Of a stretch of DNA of 64,000 nt, positions 22,755 through 35,899 are shown one piece after another. Location of the stretch: contig NC_091471.1 in NCBI RefSeq assembly GCF_036971445.1, positions 868,001 to 932,000 on the forward strand, read 5' to 3'. The position numbers and the translations under genes were made by a program. The notes under the pieces were generated by a model. That model was not told the DNA's origin. It did no database searches and worked only from the letters and a program-made list of their open reading frames with translations. The stretch is from Narcine bancroftii. Its lineage: Eukaryota. Numbering within the stretch: the stretch's first letter is position 1; each line of letters begins with the position of its first letter.

Positions 22755-23960
22755 GGACATAAGAAATAGGAACAGGAAGAGGCCCATCGAGCCTGCTCTG
22801 CCAAGCAACAAGATCATGGCTGCTCTGATAATTAGCTCATCTCCGCCTACCTGCCTTTTCCCCACATGTAGAAATCTATCCAACCTTGTCTCAAATATAT
22901 TCACTGGTCACCTCCACTGCCTCAAGGGGCAGCGATTTCCACAGGTTCACCAACCTCTGTGAAAAGAAGTTCCTCCTCGTCTCCATTTTAAATCTACTAC
23001 CCTGAATTTTGAGGTCGTGTCCCCTACTTCTGGTCTTCCCCCACCAATGGGAACAACTGACCTACCTCTATCTTAACAATGCCTTTCATCATTTTATGTT
23101 TCTTTAAGATCCCCTCTCATTCTTCTAAATTCCAGCAAATAGCATCCCAAAAGATTGGCCACCCCCTCATCCCTGGAATCAATGTGGTGAACCTCCCCTG
23201 CACCACCTCCAAAGCCAGGACATCCTTCCTCATGTAAGGAGACCAGAACTGCGCCCAGTTCTCCAGATGCGGCCTCACCAGGACCTTGTACAGTTACAGC
23301 AGAACCTCCCTGCTCCTCAACTCAATCTCTCCAGCAATACAGTCTAACATTCCATTTGTCTTCCTGACAGCCTGCAAACCAGCCTTTTGTGATTCATGCA
23401 CAAGCCCTCCCAAGTCCTGCACAGCATTTATAGGTAAATAATATTCTGATGTTCCATTCTTCCTCCCACATTGGACAACCTCACATTGTACTCCTTCTGC
23501 TAGACCCTTGCCCCCTCACTTAAACTATCTACATCTCTTTGCACAGTATTCTCCGCATGATTTGCTTTGCCACTCAATTTAGTGTCAAGAGCAAACAGAT
23601 CCACTACACTCTGGTTTAAGAATACCGTGAACAGTTGCAAGGCCAGCACAGACCTCTGCGGCACCCCGCTCACCACCAATTGCCAACTAGAGAAACACCC
23701 CTGCACCCCAACTCTCTGCTTTGCTTTAGTTAACTACCCTCTACCTCTGCTAAAACATTGCCCCCAACTCCATGCATCCTTATCTTCTGTAATAGTCTTT
23801 TATGCTGCACCTTATCGAACGCCTACCCAATAGCCAGATAAACAACGACCATCTGCTCCCCTGTATCTACCACGTTCATTATATCTGAGGATGTATCAGA
23901 TGTAAATTGTCAAACAGGACCTGCCTTTGCTGGATCCTTCCTGCATCTGCCTGATGGATC
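22755..23960 (-). mobile_element. Old CR1 LINE
   Basis: SGVPQRSVLALQLFTVFLN and other decayed CR1 motifs on the minus strand. Confidence 0.8.
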
Positions 23961-23984
23961 CACTTCACTTCAGATACCTCGATA

Positions 23985-26450
23985 TTTCACAAGATCACAA
24001 GACAAAGGAACAGAACCAGGCCACTAGGGCCATCAAGTCTGTTCCGTAAATCTACACTAAGCTACTCTACACTTGTTCCAATTTCCGGCATTTTCCCATA
24101 TCCCTTGATACCCTCACTAATGAGGTACTTGTCTATTTCTTGCTTAAATACTCCCAGTGATCTGACTTCCACTGCTGTATGCGGCAGTGAGTTTCACAGA
24201 TTCATGACCCTCTGGCTAAAGAAGTTCTTCCTAATCTCTGTTTTATATGGAAAACCTTTAATTTTCAGACTACGACCCCTTGTCCTTGATTCACCCACCA
24301 AGACAATCATCTTCCCCACATCTACCCTATCTAAACCTTTCAAAATATGAAATGCCTCTATGAGATCTCCTCTCATTCTCCTCTACTCCAATGAATACAA
24401 CCCAAGAGCTGCCAAATGCTCCTCGTACGTTAGTCCTTGCATTCTGGGAATCGTCCTAGTAAATCTCCTCTGCACCCTCTCCAACATATCACATCCTGTT
24501 TATTTCCACTGCCAAAATGTACAACTGTACATTTCTCTATGTTAAATCTCATCTTCCGTATTTTGGCCCAGTCTCCCAATCTGTCGATATCCTTCTGCAA
24601 CTTTACGGTTTCCACTACACTTCCTACTCCGCCACCTGTCTTGGTGTCATCCACAAATTTGGCCACAATGCCATTCATTCCACAATCCAAATCATTAATA
24701 TAAATTGTAAACAGTAGTAGCCCCAAGACCAACCCCTGTGGGACACCACTAGTTACAGGCAGCCATCCAGAACGAGAACCCTTAATTTCAACCCTTTGCT
24801 TCCTGCCTATCAGCCACTTTAATAACAGCCAGTTTAATAACTTCCCTGTAATTCCATGGGCCCTCATCTTATTTAGCAGCCTATATGCGGCCCCTTTATC
24901 GAAAGCCTTTTGAAAATCTTAAATAGATAACATCCACAGCCTCCCCTTTGTCTATCCTACTTGAGATTTCTTCAAAAAACTCTAATACGTTGGTCAGGCA
25001 GGATCTACCCTTTAAAAAACCATGCTGGCTTGGACCGATCCTGTCATGCATCTCTAGGTATTTCATCATCTCATCCTTGAGGATCGACTCTAATATCTTC
25101 CCAACCACCGACGTCAGACTAATTGGCCTACAGTTTCCTTTTTTCTGTCTCCCACCTTTCTTAAACAGCGGAACCACATTTGTGACCTTCCAATCCTCTG
25201 GAATCTCTCCAGAGTCTTCTGTCCCCCCTTCCCTCTGTCCCCCTTTCCTCAGTCTCGCCCATTTGCTCTGACCCCCCTTTCATCCATCTCCCCCCTTCCT
25301 ACTGTCCCCTCTTTCCTCCGGCTCGCACCCTTCCATCTGTCCCCCCTTTCCACCGTCTCCCCCCGTGTCCGCACTTTCCCCCGTCCCCCATTTCCTCCGT
25401 CTACCCCCCTCTGTCCCCCCTTACCTCTGTCTCCCCCTCCCTCTGCCCTAATTTCCTCCGTCTCATCTGCCTTCCCTTTGTTCCCCCTTATATCAATTTC
25501 TGGAAGATCATCACCAATGAAGCTACAATCTCCAAAGTCACCTCTTTCAAAACCTGTAGATGCACCTCATCCAGCCCGGGAGATTTATCAATCTTTAATC
25601 TGTTTAGTTTGCCTAGCACAATTTCTCTAGTAATCCTAACTCCTTTCCTTGAAGCCTCTGAATGTCCGGGATATTACTAATGTCTTCCACGGTGAAGACA
25701 GATGCAAAATATTGATCAAGTTCCTCTGCCATCTCTTTATAACCCATTACAATTTCCCCAGCATCATTTTCCATTGGTCCTATTTCAACGTGTTTCTCTT
25801 TTATTTCTCATATATTTGAAAAAACTCAGTATTTTTTAAAATATTGTTAGCTAATCTCCTTTCATAGCTCATCTTTTCTTTCCGAATGACCTACTTTGTC
25901 TCATTCTGTAATTGTCAAAAGGAATCCCAGTCCTCCGATTTCCCACTAATTTTAGCTTCCTTGTATCCCCTCTCCTTCACCTCTTTTGTTAGCCACAATG
26001 GCACCATCTTTCCTTGGACAAGTTTCTTTTTCCTTGGAATATATCTATCCTGCATGCCTTTTATTACTTGTAAAAATATCTTCCAGTCCTGCTCTGATCC
26101 TCCAGTTAGTTTGTTTTCCCAATTTGCTTGAGCCAGTTCCTTTCTCATACCACTGTGATTTCCTTTATTCCACTGAAAAATTGATACATCCGACAATTTT
26201 TTTTCCTTTCCAAATTTTAAATTAAATTCAACCATGTTGTGATCGCTGCTTCCTAGAGGTTCTATGACCTTAAACTTCCTAACGACTTCAGGTTCATTGC
26301 AAATGAACTCTCTCTCCTGGCTTCCAGAATTTTCCTGTCTTTCCCAATCCCCTGCCATGTTAAAATCCCCCATAATTATTTTGATATTATCCCTGTGGCA
26401 TGCCCTATGTACTTCCTGCTGTATCTCATGATCCACTTCCCAGCTACTGT
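23985..26450 (-). mobile_element. CR1 LINE (EN remnant through RT to tail) with a C/T-rich low-complexity insert at about 25215-25490
   Basis: IIMGDFN and LGSSDHNMVEF (EN); NCRPISLTS, SGVPQGLVLG and FVDD (RT); RGDLIEAFHILKG. The tail is (TCTTGTGA)n on the minus strand. Confidence 0.88.
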
Positions 26451-26459
26451 TTGGGAGCC

Positions 26460-28485
26460 TGTGGCAGCCCGCAATTGCGGAGATCGGGCCGGCACACCGT
26501 GAGCCAGCAGATGCGGACAGTGACTCCCAGGACAACGAACAGGCAGGGGTAGAAGCTGGGACAGTATCAGACCAACAGCTCTAAAGTGCTGGTCAAGCTG
26601 CCTAGCTAACTTAGCAGAAACAGGCTGGGGAAGAAGGATGTTCCCGCCCGCTGCTGTTATTCACATGAATGACTCAGTCAATCAGCAAAAATGGTGGGAA
26701 CTTGAACAGTATAAAAGCAGCCTTTCCAGCCCTAATAAAGGAGTGAGCTTAACCTGCCACATTGTATGTGTGTGTTTCTTTGTAGCCATCGGCTACAATT
26801 GGTGACCCCGACGATTTAGAAGGAATCTAAACCTAGCAATGAAGAACGAAGCAGCAGACAGCGCAGTCGGCCTGAAGCTCTTAACCTTCTGGACAGTTCA
26901 ACCCTGTGTGTGGTTCGACCTGGCAGAGGCTCAGTTCCAGTTTCGGGGCATCATAACAGTGACCACCCAGTACCACCATGTGGTGAGCACCCTGGATCCG
27001 CAGACTGAAGACAGAGTGGCCAACTTTATCCACAGGCCAACATTGGAAGGCACTTAACACTGCCTTCAAAGAGCTATTAACCGAGGCGTTTGGAGTCTCA
27101 CGGTGAGAGTGAGGAGCACGTTTGCTCCACCTGGATGGGCTTGGAGACAGATTCCAATCGACACTCATCAATGAGATGCTAGCCCTCTTGGGAGATGAGC
27201 AGCCTGGCATCATGTTCGAGTAGGCGTTACTGGAACAAATGCCTGAAGACATCCAACTGCTCCTGGCGGATGCGGATTTCATCGACCCCTGGAAAGTCGC
27301 AGCACGGGCAGACATTCTGTGGAAACAGAAACAGAAGTGCTCGGCTACTGTGGGGCTCGTAAAGAAGTCCCGCAATCAGACCACAGCAGTTCGAAGCAAG
27401 GAATAGCAGACGAGAGGCAGGAGCGAGTCCAGCGACAGATGGTGCTTCTACCTCCGGAGATGGGGCACCGAGACCCACCGATGCCACTCCCCCTTGCGAG
27501 TTCCAGGGAAACGACAAAGCCAGCCGTCGCTGATGGCCATGACAGCTGGCCATCAAGAGAGCCTCCTGTACATCTGGGTCCGTCTGACGCTTCCTGGTGG
27601 ATTCAGGAGCAGAGGTCAGCATAATACCCCCAACAGCGTTGGACACTAGGCACAGGCCAGCAGGTCCCACGTTGAGGGCTGCCAACAACAGCAGTATCCA
27701 GACCTATGGCACTCGAAGGGCCGAGCTGCAGTTCGGGGGCAGTCACTTCTCGTGGGAGTTCACACTGGCCGCAGTGGAACAACCACTCCTCGTATTGGAT
27801 TTCCTGCTAGCCCACAGCCTCCTAGTAGACCTTAAGGGTAAGTGACTCATCCACCCCAAGACCTACCAGACCATCGCACTGAGGGGCGCTATGTTACCGG
27901 CAATGCACCTGGACTCCGTCTACAGCTTGGAGGACGAGTCCTCCAAGGTGCTAGTGGGATTCCCAGCAATCCTTTCCCCTCAGTTCACAGCAGAGATGCC
28001 TCAACACGGTGCACCTCTCCACGCAAAGGCGAGACAGCTTCCCCGGAGAAGCTCTGACTGGCCAAAGAGGAGTTCCGCAAGCTCGAGGAGTTGGGTGTTG
28101 ATCGACGGTCAGACAGCCCATGGGCCTCGCCCCTGCACATGGTGTTTAAAGAAACTCGGGGCTGGAGACCATGTGGCGACTATCACCAGTTCAACGAAGC
28201 CACCACCCCGGACTGTTACCCTGTGCCCACATCTAGGATTTTACGACAAACCTGCACGGGGCAACAATATTCTCAAAAGTGGACCAAGTGTCGGTGCATC
28301 CTGACAGCTATCATCACTCCATTAGGGCTGTTTAAGTTCCTGAGGATGCCATTCGGGATCAAAAATACGGCACAGACATTCCAGCAACTGATGGACGCAG
28401 TGGGCCGAGACCTGGACGGCACTTTGGTCTACGTCAACGGTATCCTCGAAGCAAGTAGAACCCGACAGGAACACCTTCAGCAGCC
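26460..28485 (+). mobile_element. Gypsy LTR retrotransposon: 5' LTR (26460-26797), tRNA-Trp PBS, decayed gag/protease/RT, 3'-truncated
   Basis: TG...CA LTR with TATAAAA and AATAAA. TGGTGACCCCGACG at 26800 is complementary to the tRNA-Trp 3' end. Gag LKL..FW..QP.VWF..AEAQF; protease DSGAEVS; RT SPWASPLHMV, WRPCGDY, RMPFGIKN. Confidence 0.88.
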
Positions 28486-28599
28486 CAACCAGTGCCCAGT
28501 GACCATTTTCCACCATGCCCTGCCACCAGCAGGGCCTTTTGTTCCCATCATTATGTTGATTAAGCCCTTAGTGAGGGTTTCACCCCCACCCCTCACACA

Positions 28600-31500
28600 C
28601 ACACAAACAGTGACCACGGGAGGGATTCCCCAGTGAAGAGGCGAGAGCAGCTCCCTGTTCGCCTGAGGAGCCCTGCGACCAGCCCCCACACAGTGTCCAC
28701 GGGATGAAATCTCCAGTCAAGAGGCGAGAGCAGCTCCCTGCTACCCTGTGACCAGCCCCCACCAGGGCCCAGTGCCCTGACCCCACCAGGGCCCAGGCCC
28801 TGCAACCTGCCCCCACACAGTGCCCACAGGAGGAATTCCCTAGTGAAGGAGCGAGAGCGTCCCTGCTCCCGAGGGGCCGGTCCCAGCATCCAGCCCCCCA
28901 GTCCCCACCAGGTCCCAGTGTCCAGCTCCCACTGCGGCCCAGTGTCCAGCTCCCACAGCGGCCCAGTGGAGGAAATCCCCAGTGAAGAAGCCAGAGCGGC
29001 TCCCTGGTCCCCTGGGGGTCCCTGTGACCAGCCGCCACCTGGGCCCAGCGTCCAGCCCCCCAGTTCCCACCAGGGTCCAAGGAAGGAAGAGACGAGAGCT
29101 GCTCCCTGCTCCCCTGGGGGTCCCTGTGACCAGCCCCCACCAGGGCCCAGCATCCAGCCCCCAGTCCCCACCAGGGTCCAAGGGAGGAAGAGGTGAGAGC
29201 GGCTCCCTGCTCCCTAGGGGTCCCTGTGACCAGCCCCCACCCGAGTCCAGCGTGCAGCCCCCAGTCCACACCAGGGTCCAAGGGAGGAATGAGGCGAGAG
29301 ATGCTCCCCTGGGGTCCCTGCGTCCAACACCCCCCAGTCCCCACCAGGGCCAAGTGAGGAAGAGGCGAGAGCAGCTCCCTGCTCCCCTGCGGGTCCCTGT
29401 GACCAGACCCCACCCGGGCCCAGCGTCCAGCCCCACAGTCCCCACCAGGGCCCAAGGGAGGAAGTGGCGAGAGTGGCTCCCGGCTCCCCTGCGGGTCCCT
29501 GTGACCAGCCCCCACCTGGGCCCTGCGTCCAGCCCCCAGCCGCCACCAGGGCCCAAGGAGGAAGAGGCGAGAGCGGCTCCCTGCTCCCCTGCGGGTCCCT
29601 GTGACCAGCCCCCACCCGGGCCCTGCGTCCAGCCCCCCAGCCGCCACCAGGGCCCAAGGGAGGAAGAGGCGATAGTGGCTCCCCGCTCCCCTGCTGGTCC
29701 CTGTGACCATCCCCCACCCGGGCCCTGCGTCCAGCCCCCCAGCCGCCACCAGGGCCCAAGGGAGGAAGAGGCGATAGTGGCTCCCCGCTCCCCTGCTGGT
29801 CCCTGTGACCATCCCCCACCCGGGCCCTGCGTCCAGCCCCCCAGCCGCCACCAGGGCCCAAGGGAGGAAGAGGCGAGAGTGGCTCCCCGCTCCCCTGCTG
29901 GTCCCTGTGACCAGCCCCCCAGCTGCCACCAGGGCCCAAGGGAGGAAGAGGCGTAGAGCGGCACCCCGCTCCCCTGCGGGTCCCTGTGACCAGCCCCCAC
30001 CCGGGCCCTGCGTCCAGCCCCCAGCCGCCACCAGGGCCCAAGGGAGGAAGAGGCGAGAGTGGCTCCCCGCTCCCCTGCTGGTCCCTGTGACCAGCCCCCC
30101 AGCTGCCACCAGGGCCCAAGGGAGGAAGAGGCGAGAGTGGCTCCCCGCTCCCCTGCGGGTCCCTGTGACCAGCCCCATCCCCCCCAGCCGCCATCAGGGC
30201 CCAAGGGAGGAAGAAGCGAGACAGGCTCCTTGCTCCTCTGCGGGTCCCTGTGACCATCCCCCACCCTAGCCCAGCTTAAAGCCCCCCAGCCGCCACCAGG
30301 GCCCAAGGGAGGAAGAGGCGAGAGCGGCACCCCGCTCCCCTGCGGGTCCCTGTGACCAACCCCCACCCGGGCCCAGCGTCCAGCCCCCCAGCCGCCACCA
30401 GGGCCCAAGGGAGGAAGAGGCGAGAGTGGCTCCCCGCTCCCTGCTGGTCCCTGTGACCAGCCCCCCAGCTGCCACCAGGGCCCAAGGGAGGAAGAGGCGA
30501 GAGTGGCTCCCCGCTCCCCTGCGGGTCCCTGTGACCAGCCCCCATCCCCCCCAGCCGCCATCAGGGCCCAAGGGAGGAAGAAGCGAGACAGGCTCCTTGC
30601 TCCTCTGCGGGTCCCTGTGACCAGCCCCCACCCTAGCCCAGCTTAAAGCCCCCCGGCCGCCACCAGGGCCCAAGGGAGGAAGAGGCTGAGAGCGGCACCC
30701 CGCTCCCCTGCGGGTCCCTGTGACCAGCCCCCACCCAGACCCAGCGTCCAGCCCCCACCAGGGCCCAGCGTCCAGCACCACCCCGGCCGCCACCAGGGCC
30801 CAAGGGAGGAAGAGGCGAGAGTGGCTCCCCTGCGGGTCCCTGTGACCAACCCCCACCCGGGCCCAGCGTCCAGCCCCCCAGCCGCCACCAGGGCCCAAGG
30901 GAGGAAGAGGCGAGAGTGGCTCCCCGCTCCCCTGCTGGTCCCTGTGACCAGCCCCCCAGCTGCCACCAGGGCCCAAGGGAGGAAGAGGCGAGAGTGGCTC
31001 CCCGCTCCCCTGCGGGTCCCTGTGACCAGCCCCCATCCCCCCCAGCCGCCATCAGGGCCCAAGGGAGGAAGAAGCGAGACAGGCTCCTTGCTCCTCTGCG
31101 GGTCCCTGTGACCAGCCCCCACCCTAGCCCAGCTTAAAGCCCCCCAGCCGCCACCAGGCCCAAGGGAGGAAGAGGCGAGAGCGGCACCCCGCTCCCCTGC
31201 GGGTCCCTGTGACCAACCCCCACCCGGGCCCAGCGTCCAGCCCCCCAGCCGCCACCAGGGCCCAAGGGAGGAAGAGGCGAGAGTGGCTCCCCGCTCCCCT
31301 GCTGGTCCCTGTGACCAGCCCCCCAGCTGCCACCAGGGCCCAAGGGAGGAAGAGGCGAGAGTGGCTCCCCGCTCCCCTGCGGGTCCCTGTGACCAGCCCC
31401 CATCCCCCCCAGCCGCCATCAGGGCCCAAGGGAGGAAGAAGCGAGACAGGCTCCTTGCTCCTCTGCGGGTCCCTGTGACCAGCCCCCACCCTAGCCCAGC

Positions 31501-33740
31501 TTAAAGCCCCCCGGCCGCCACCAGGGCCCAAGGGAGGAAGAGGCGAGAGCGGCACCCCGCTCCCCTGCGGGTCCCTGTGACCAGCCCCCACCCAGACCCA
31601 GCGTCCAGCCCCCACCAGGGCCCAGCGTCCAGCACCACCCCGGCCGCCACCAGGGCCCAAGGGAGGAAGAGGCGAGAGTGGCTCCCCTGCGGGTCCCTGT
31701 GACCAACCCCCACCCGGGCCCAGCGTCCAGCCCCCCAGCCGCCACCAGGGCCCAAGGGAGGAAGAGGCGAGAGTGGCTCCCCGCTCCCCTGCTGGTCCCT
31801 GTGACCAGCCCCCCAGCTGCCACCAGGGCCCAAGGGAGGAAGAGGCGAGAGTGGCTCCCCGCTCCCCTGCGGGTCCCTGTGACCAGCCCCCATCCCCCCC
31901 AGCCGCCATCAGGGCCCAAGGGAGGAAGAAGCGAGACAGGCTCCTTGCTCCTCTGCGGGTCCCTGTGACCAGCCCCCACCCTAGCCCAGCTTAAAGCCCC
32001 CCAGCCGCCACCAGGGCCCAAGGGAGGAAGAGGCGAGAGCGGCACCCCGCTCCCCTGCGGGTCCCTGTGACCAACCCCCACCCGGGCCCAGCGTCCAGCC
32101 CCCCAGCCGCCACCAGGGCCCAAGGGAGGAAGAGGCGAGAGTGGCTCCCCGCTCCCCTGCTGGTCCCTGTGACCAGCCCCCCAGCTGCCACCAGGGCCCA
32201 AGGGAGGAAGAGGCGAGAGTGGCTCCCCGCTCCCCTGCGGGTCCCTGTGACCAGCCCCCATCCCCCCCAGCCGCCATCAGGGCCCAAGGGAGGAAGAAGC
32301 GAGACAGGCTCCTTGCTCCTCTGCGGGTCCCTGTGACCAGCCCCCACCCTAGCCCAGCTTAAAGCCCCCCGGCCGCCACCAGGGCCCAAGGGAGGAAGAG
32401 GCGAGAGCGGCACCCCGCTCCCCTGCGGGTCCCTGTGACCAGCCCCCACCCAGACCCAGCGTCCAGCCCCCACCAGGGCCCAGCGTCCAGCACCACCCCG
32501 GCCGCCACCAGGGCCCAAGGGAGGAAGAGGCGAGAGTGGCTCCCCTGCGGGTCCCTGTGACCAACCCCCACCCGCGCCCAGCGTCCAGCCCCCCAGCCGC
32601 CACCAGGGCCCAAGGGAGGAAGAGGCGAGAGTGGCTCCCCGCTCCCCTGCGGGTCCCTGTGACCAGCCCCCACCCGGGCCCTGCGTCCAGCCCCCCAGCT
32701 GCCACCAGGGCCCAAGGGAGGAAGAGGCGAGAGTGGCTCCCCGCTCCCCTGCGGGTCCCTGTGACCAACCCCCACCCGGGCCCAGCGTCCAGCCCCCCAG
32801 CCGCCACCAGGGCCCAAGGGAGGAAGAGGCGAGAGCGGCACCCTGCTCCCCTGCGGGTCCCTGTGACCAGCCCCCACCCAGACCCAGCGTCCAGCCCCCA
32901 CAAGGGCCCAGCGTCCAGCACCACCCCGGCCGCCACCAGGGCCCAAGGGAGGAAGAGGCGAGAGTGGCTCCCCGCTCCCCTGGGGGCCCCTGTGACCAAC
33001 CCCCACCAGGGCCCAGCGTCCAGCCCCCCCCAGCCGTCACCAGGGCCCCCAAGTGAGGAAGAGGCGAGAGCGGCTCCCTGCTCCCCTGCGGGTCCCTGTG
33101 ACCAACCCCCACCCGGGCCCTGCGTCCAGCCCCCCAGCCGCCACCAGGGCCCAAGGGAGGAAGAGGCGAGAGTGGCTCCCCGCTCCCCTGCGGGTCCCTG
33201 TGACCAGCCCCCACCCGGGCCCTGCGTCCAGCCCCCCAGCTGCCACCAGGGCCCAAGGGAGGAAGAGGCGAGAGTGGCTCCCCGCTCCCCTGCGGGTCCC
33301 TGTGACCAACCCCCACCCGGGCCCAGCGTCCAGCCCCCCAGCCGCCACCAGGGCCCAAGGGAGGAAGAGGCGAGAGCGGCACCCTGCTCCCCTGCGGGTC
33401 CCTGTGACCAGCCCCCACCCAGACCCAGCGTCCAGCCCCCACAAGGGCCCAGCGTCCAGCACCACCCCGGCCGCCACCAGGGCCCAAGGGAGGAAGAGGC
33501 GAGAGTGGCTCCCCGCTCCCCTGGGGGCCCCTGTGACCAACCCCCACCAGGGCCCAGCGTCCAGCCCCCCCCAGCCGTCACCAGGGCCCCCAAGTGAGGA
33601 AGAGGCGAGAGCGGCTCCCTGCTCCCCTGCGGGTCCCTGTGACCAGCCCCCACCCAGACCCAGCGTCCAGCCCCCCGGCTGCCACCAGGGCCCAAGTGAG
33701 GAAGAGGCGAGAGCGGCTCCCCGCTCCCCTGCCGGTCCCC
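28600..33740. repeat. GC-rich satellite (70-120 bp monomers), left arm of the inverted duplication
   Basis: Core GGGCCCAAGGGAGGAAGAGGCGAGAGTGGCTCCCCGCTCCCCTGCGGGTCCCTGTGACCAGCCCC repeated, with higher-order periodicity. Confidence 0.95.
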
Positions 33741-33924
33741 GTTGTCCTCAATGGGCCCTTTTCTCGGCCTTTCGGCCCCAGACTGGGCCGGGCCCCGATC
33801 TGGGTTCATGTGGCTCCTGCACCACCAACTCGGCCACAGATCAGCAGCTCAGCTCCCAGCAACTGCTCCCCGCCCTCATACACATTCAGGGGCTTCAATA
33901 CAGACGGAACTTCAGCAAATCACC

Positions 33925-34200
33925 AACTTACCGGCGAACCCTTCCTCACACTCACAGGCTGAAGGGATCCGACATGGCGGCGCCGACACGTGAGCACCAC
34001 GGCCCAATCAGATGAATGTTCAACCCGAGCTGCACATGCGGCAGGCGGCCAGCAGGTGGGGCTGAGACGCGCCGGTGAGGACCACGTGGCCGGGACGTCA
34101 CCTGCTCCCTGATCAGTAGGTGTTTGTTAAAAACCACGTGACAAGAATGCCTGGAAAAAGTCCCTGATCTGGTCCAGTGAGGCCATGTTGGGGTCACGGA
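33925..34200 (-). promoter_or_regulatory. CpG-rich promoter and first exon (putative ZNF-B); donor CCG|GTAAGT at 33932/33931
   Basis: Three CACGTG E-boxes, TGACGTC, CCAAT, a CTCF-like motif, GCCGCCATG and a consensus donor. Reverse complement of 41240-41520. Confidence 0.6.
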
Positions 34201-34429
34201 TCATTCCGCCATCTGCTCCGGACCTTCTCCCCAAGGGGAGCAGCGTGATGAGGACGTGGCCTGGGTGGCGGGGTCCTTGAGGAGAGAGGCTGCTCGTTGA
34301 CGTCCTCGATGGAGCGATGTCGCCGAGTTAACAACCCTCTGGAGTTTATTCTTTTCCTGAATATTTATATACTCACACAAGCTTGTACAGCCGTATCCAG
34401 TGTCCTGCCAACGATGGCAGTTCACAATA

Positions 34430-34629
34430 NNNNNNNNNNNNNNNNNNNNNNNNNNNNNNNNNNNNNNNNNNNNNNNNNNNNNNNNNNNNNNNNNNNNNNN
34501 NNNNNNNNNNNNNNNNNNNNNNNNNNNNNNNNNNNNNNNNNNNNNNNNNNNNNNNNNNNNNNNNNNNNNNNNNNNNNNNNNNNNNNNNNNNNNNNNNNNN
34601 NNNNNNNNNNNNNNNNNNNNNNNNNNNNN
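34430..34629. other. Assembly gap (200 N)
   Basis: Run of N. Confidence 1.
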
Positions 34630-35690
34630 TAGAACGCGGGACCCCCCCCAGAACGCGGGACCCCCCCAGAACGCGGGACCCCCCCTCCCCCCCCCCAGAA
34701 CGCGGGAACCCCCCCCCTCCCCCCCAGAACGCGGGAACCCCCCTCCCCCCCAGAACGCGGGACCCCCCCCTCCCCCCCAGAACGCGGGACCCCCCCCCTC
34801 CCCCCAGAACGCGGGACCCCCCCCTCCCCCCCCAGAAAGCGGGACCCCCCCAGAACGCGGGACCCCCCCAGAACGCGGGACCCCCCCAGAACGCGGGACC
34901 CCCCCCAGAACGCGGGACCCCCCCCAGAACGCGGGACCCCCCCAGAACGCGGGACCCCCCCACCGACCCCCAGAACGCGGGACCCCCCCAGAACGCGGGA
35001 CCCCCCCAGAAACGCGGGACCCCCCCAGAACGCGGGACCCCCCCAGAACGCGGGACCCCCCCAGAACGCGGGACGCCCCCAGAACGCGGGACGCCCCCAG
35101 AACGCGGGACGCCCCCAGAACGCGGGACGCCCCCAGAACGCGGGACCCCCAGAACGCGGACCCCCCAGAACGCGGGACCCCCCCAGAACGCGGGACCCCC
35201 CCAGAACGCGGGACCCCCCCCAGAACGCGGGACCCCCCCTCCCCCACAGAACGCGGGACCCCCCCTCCCCCCCAGAACACGGGACGCCCCCAGAACGCGG
35301 GACGCCCCCAGAACGCGGGACGCCCCCAGAACGCGGGACCCCCCCTCCCCCACAGAACGCGGGACCCCCCCTCCCCCACAGAACGCGGGACCCCCCCCTC
35401 CCCCACAGAACGCGGGACCCCCCCTCCCCCACAGAACGCGGGACCCCCCCCTCCCCCACAGAACGCGGGACCCCCCCTCCCCACAGAACGCGGGACCCCC
35501 CCTCCCCCACAGAACGCGGGACCCCCCCTCCCCCACAGAACGCGGGACCCCCCCTCCCCCCACAGAACGCGGGACCCCCCCCTCCCCCCCAGAACGCGGG
35601 ACGCCCCCAGAACGCGGGACGCCCCCAGAACGCGGGACGCCCCCAGAACGCGGGACGCCCCCAGAACGCGGGACCCCCCCCCCCTCCCCC
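34630..35690. repeat. Minisatellite with about 18-bp core CAGAACGCGGGACCCCCC (C-rich plus strand, G-rich minus strand)
   Basis: Directly visible tandem units with variable C runs. Confidence 0.95.
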
Positions 35691-35899
35691 ACTCACCCAC
35701 CCACCCCACCCCACCTAACCTCCCTCCCGGCCGCTCCAGACCCTCTGAGCCCGTGAAAAGTCTCACCTTAACACCTTGCAAAGCCTCACTGGACCCGGCC
35801 GGTCTCTGAGGGAACGACGCTCATGACGCGGGTCATGTCGGTGATGTCATCACGCATGACTCCGCTGACACTGGGCAGTATGTGAAGGAGCGGCAAAGT

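Noticed and set aside
28600-33740. CTCF-site array in the satellite (CCAGCAGGGGAGCG)
   Set aside because: Only a partial match to the CTCF core and expected by chance at this GC content; would need PWM scoring and ChIP.
28580-33809. Long Gly/Pro/Trp-rich ORFs in many frames (up to 573 aa; up to 756 aa in the right arm)
   Set aside because: They result from a stop-poor GC-rich satellite, are open on both strands, and monomer lengths are not constrained to multiples of three.
34201-35809. Collagen- or extensin-like ORFs spanning the N run
   Set aside because: Minisatellite plus gap artefact.
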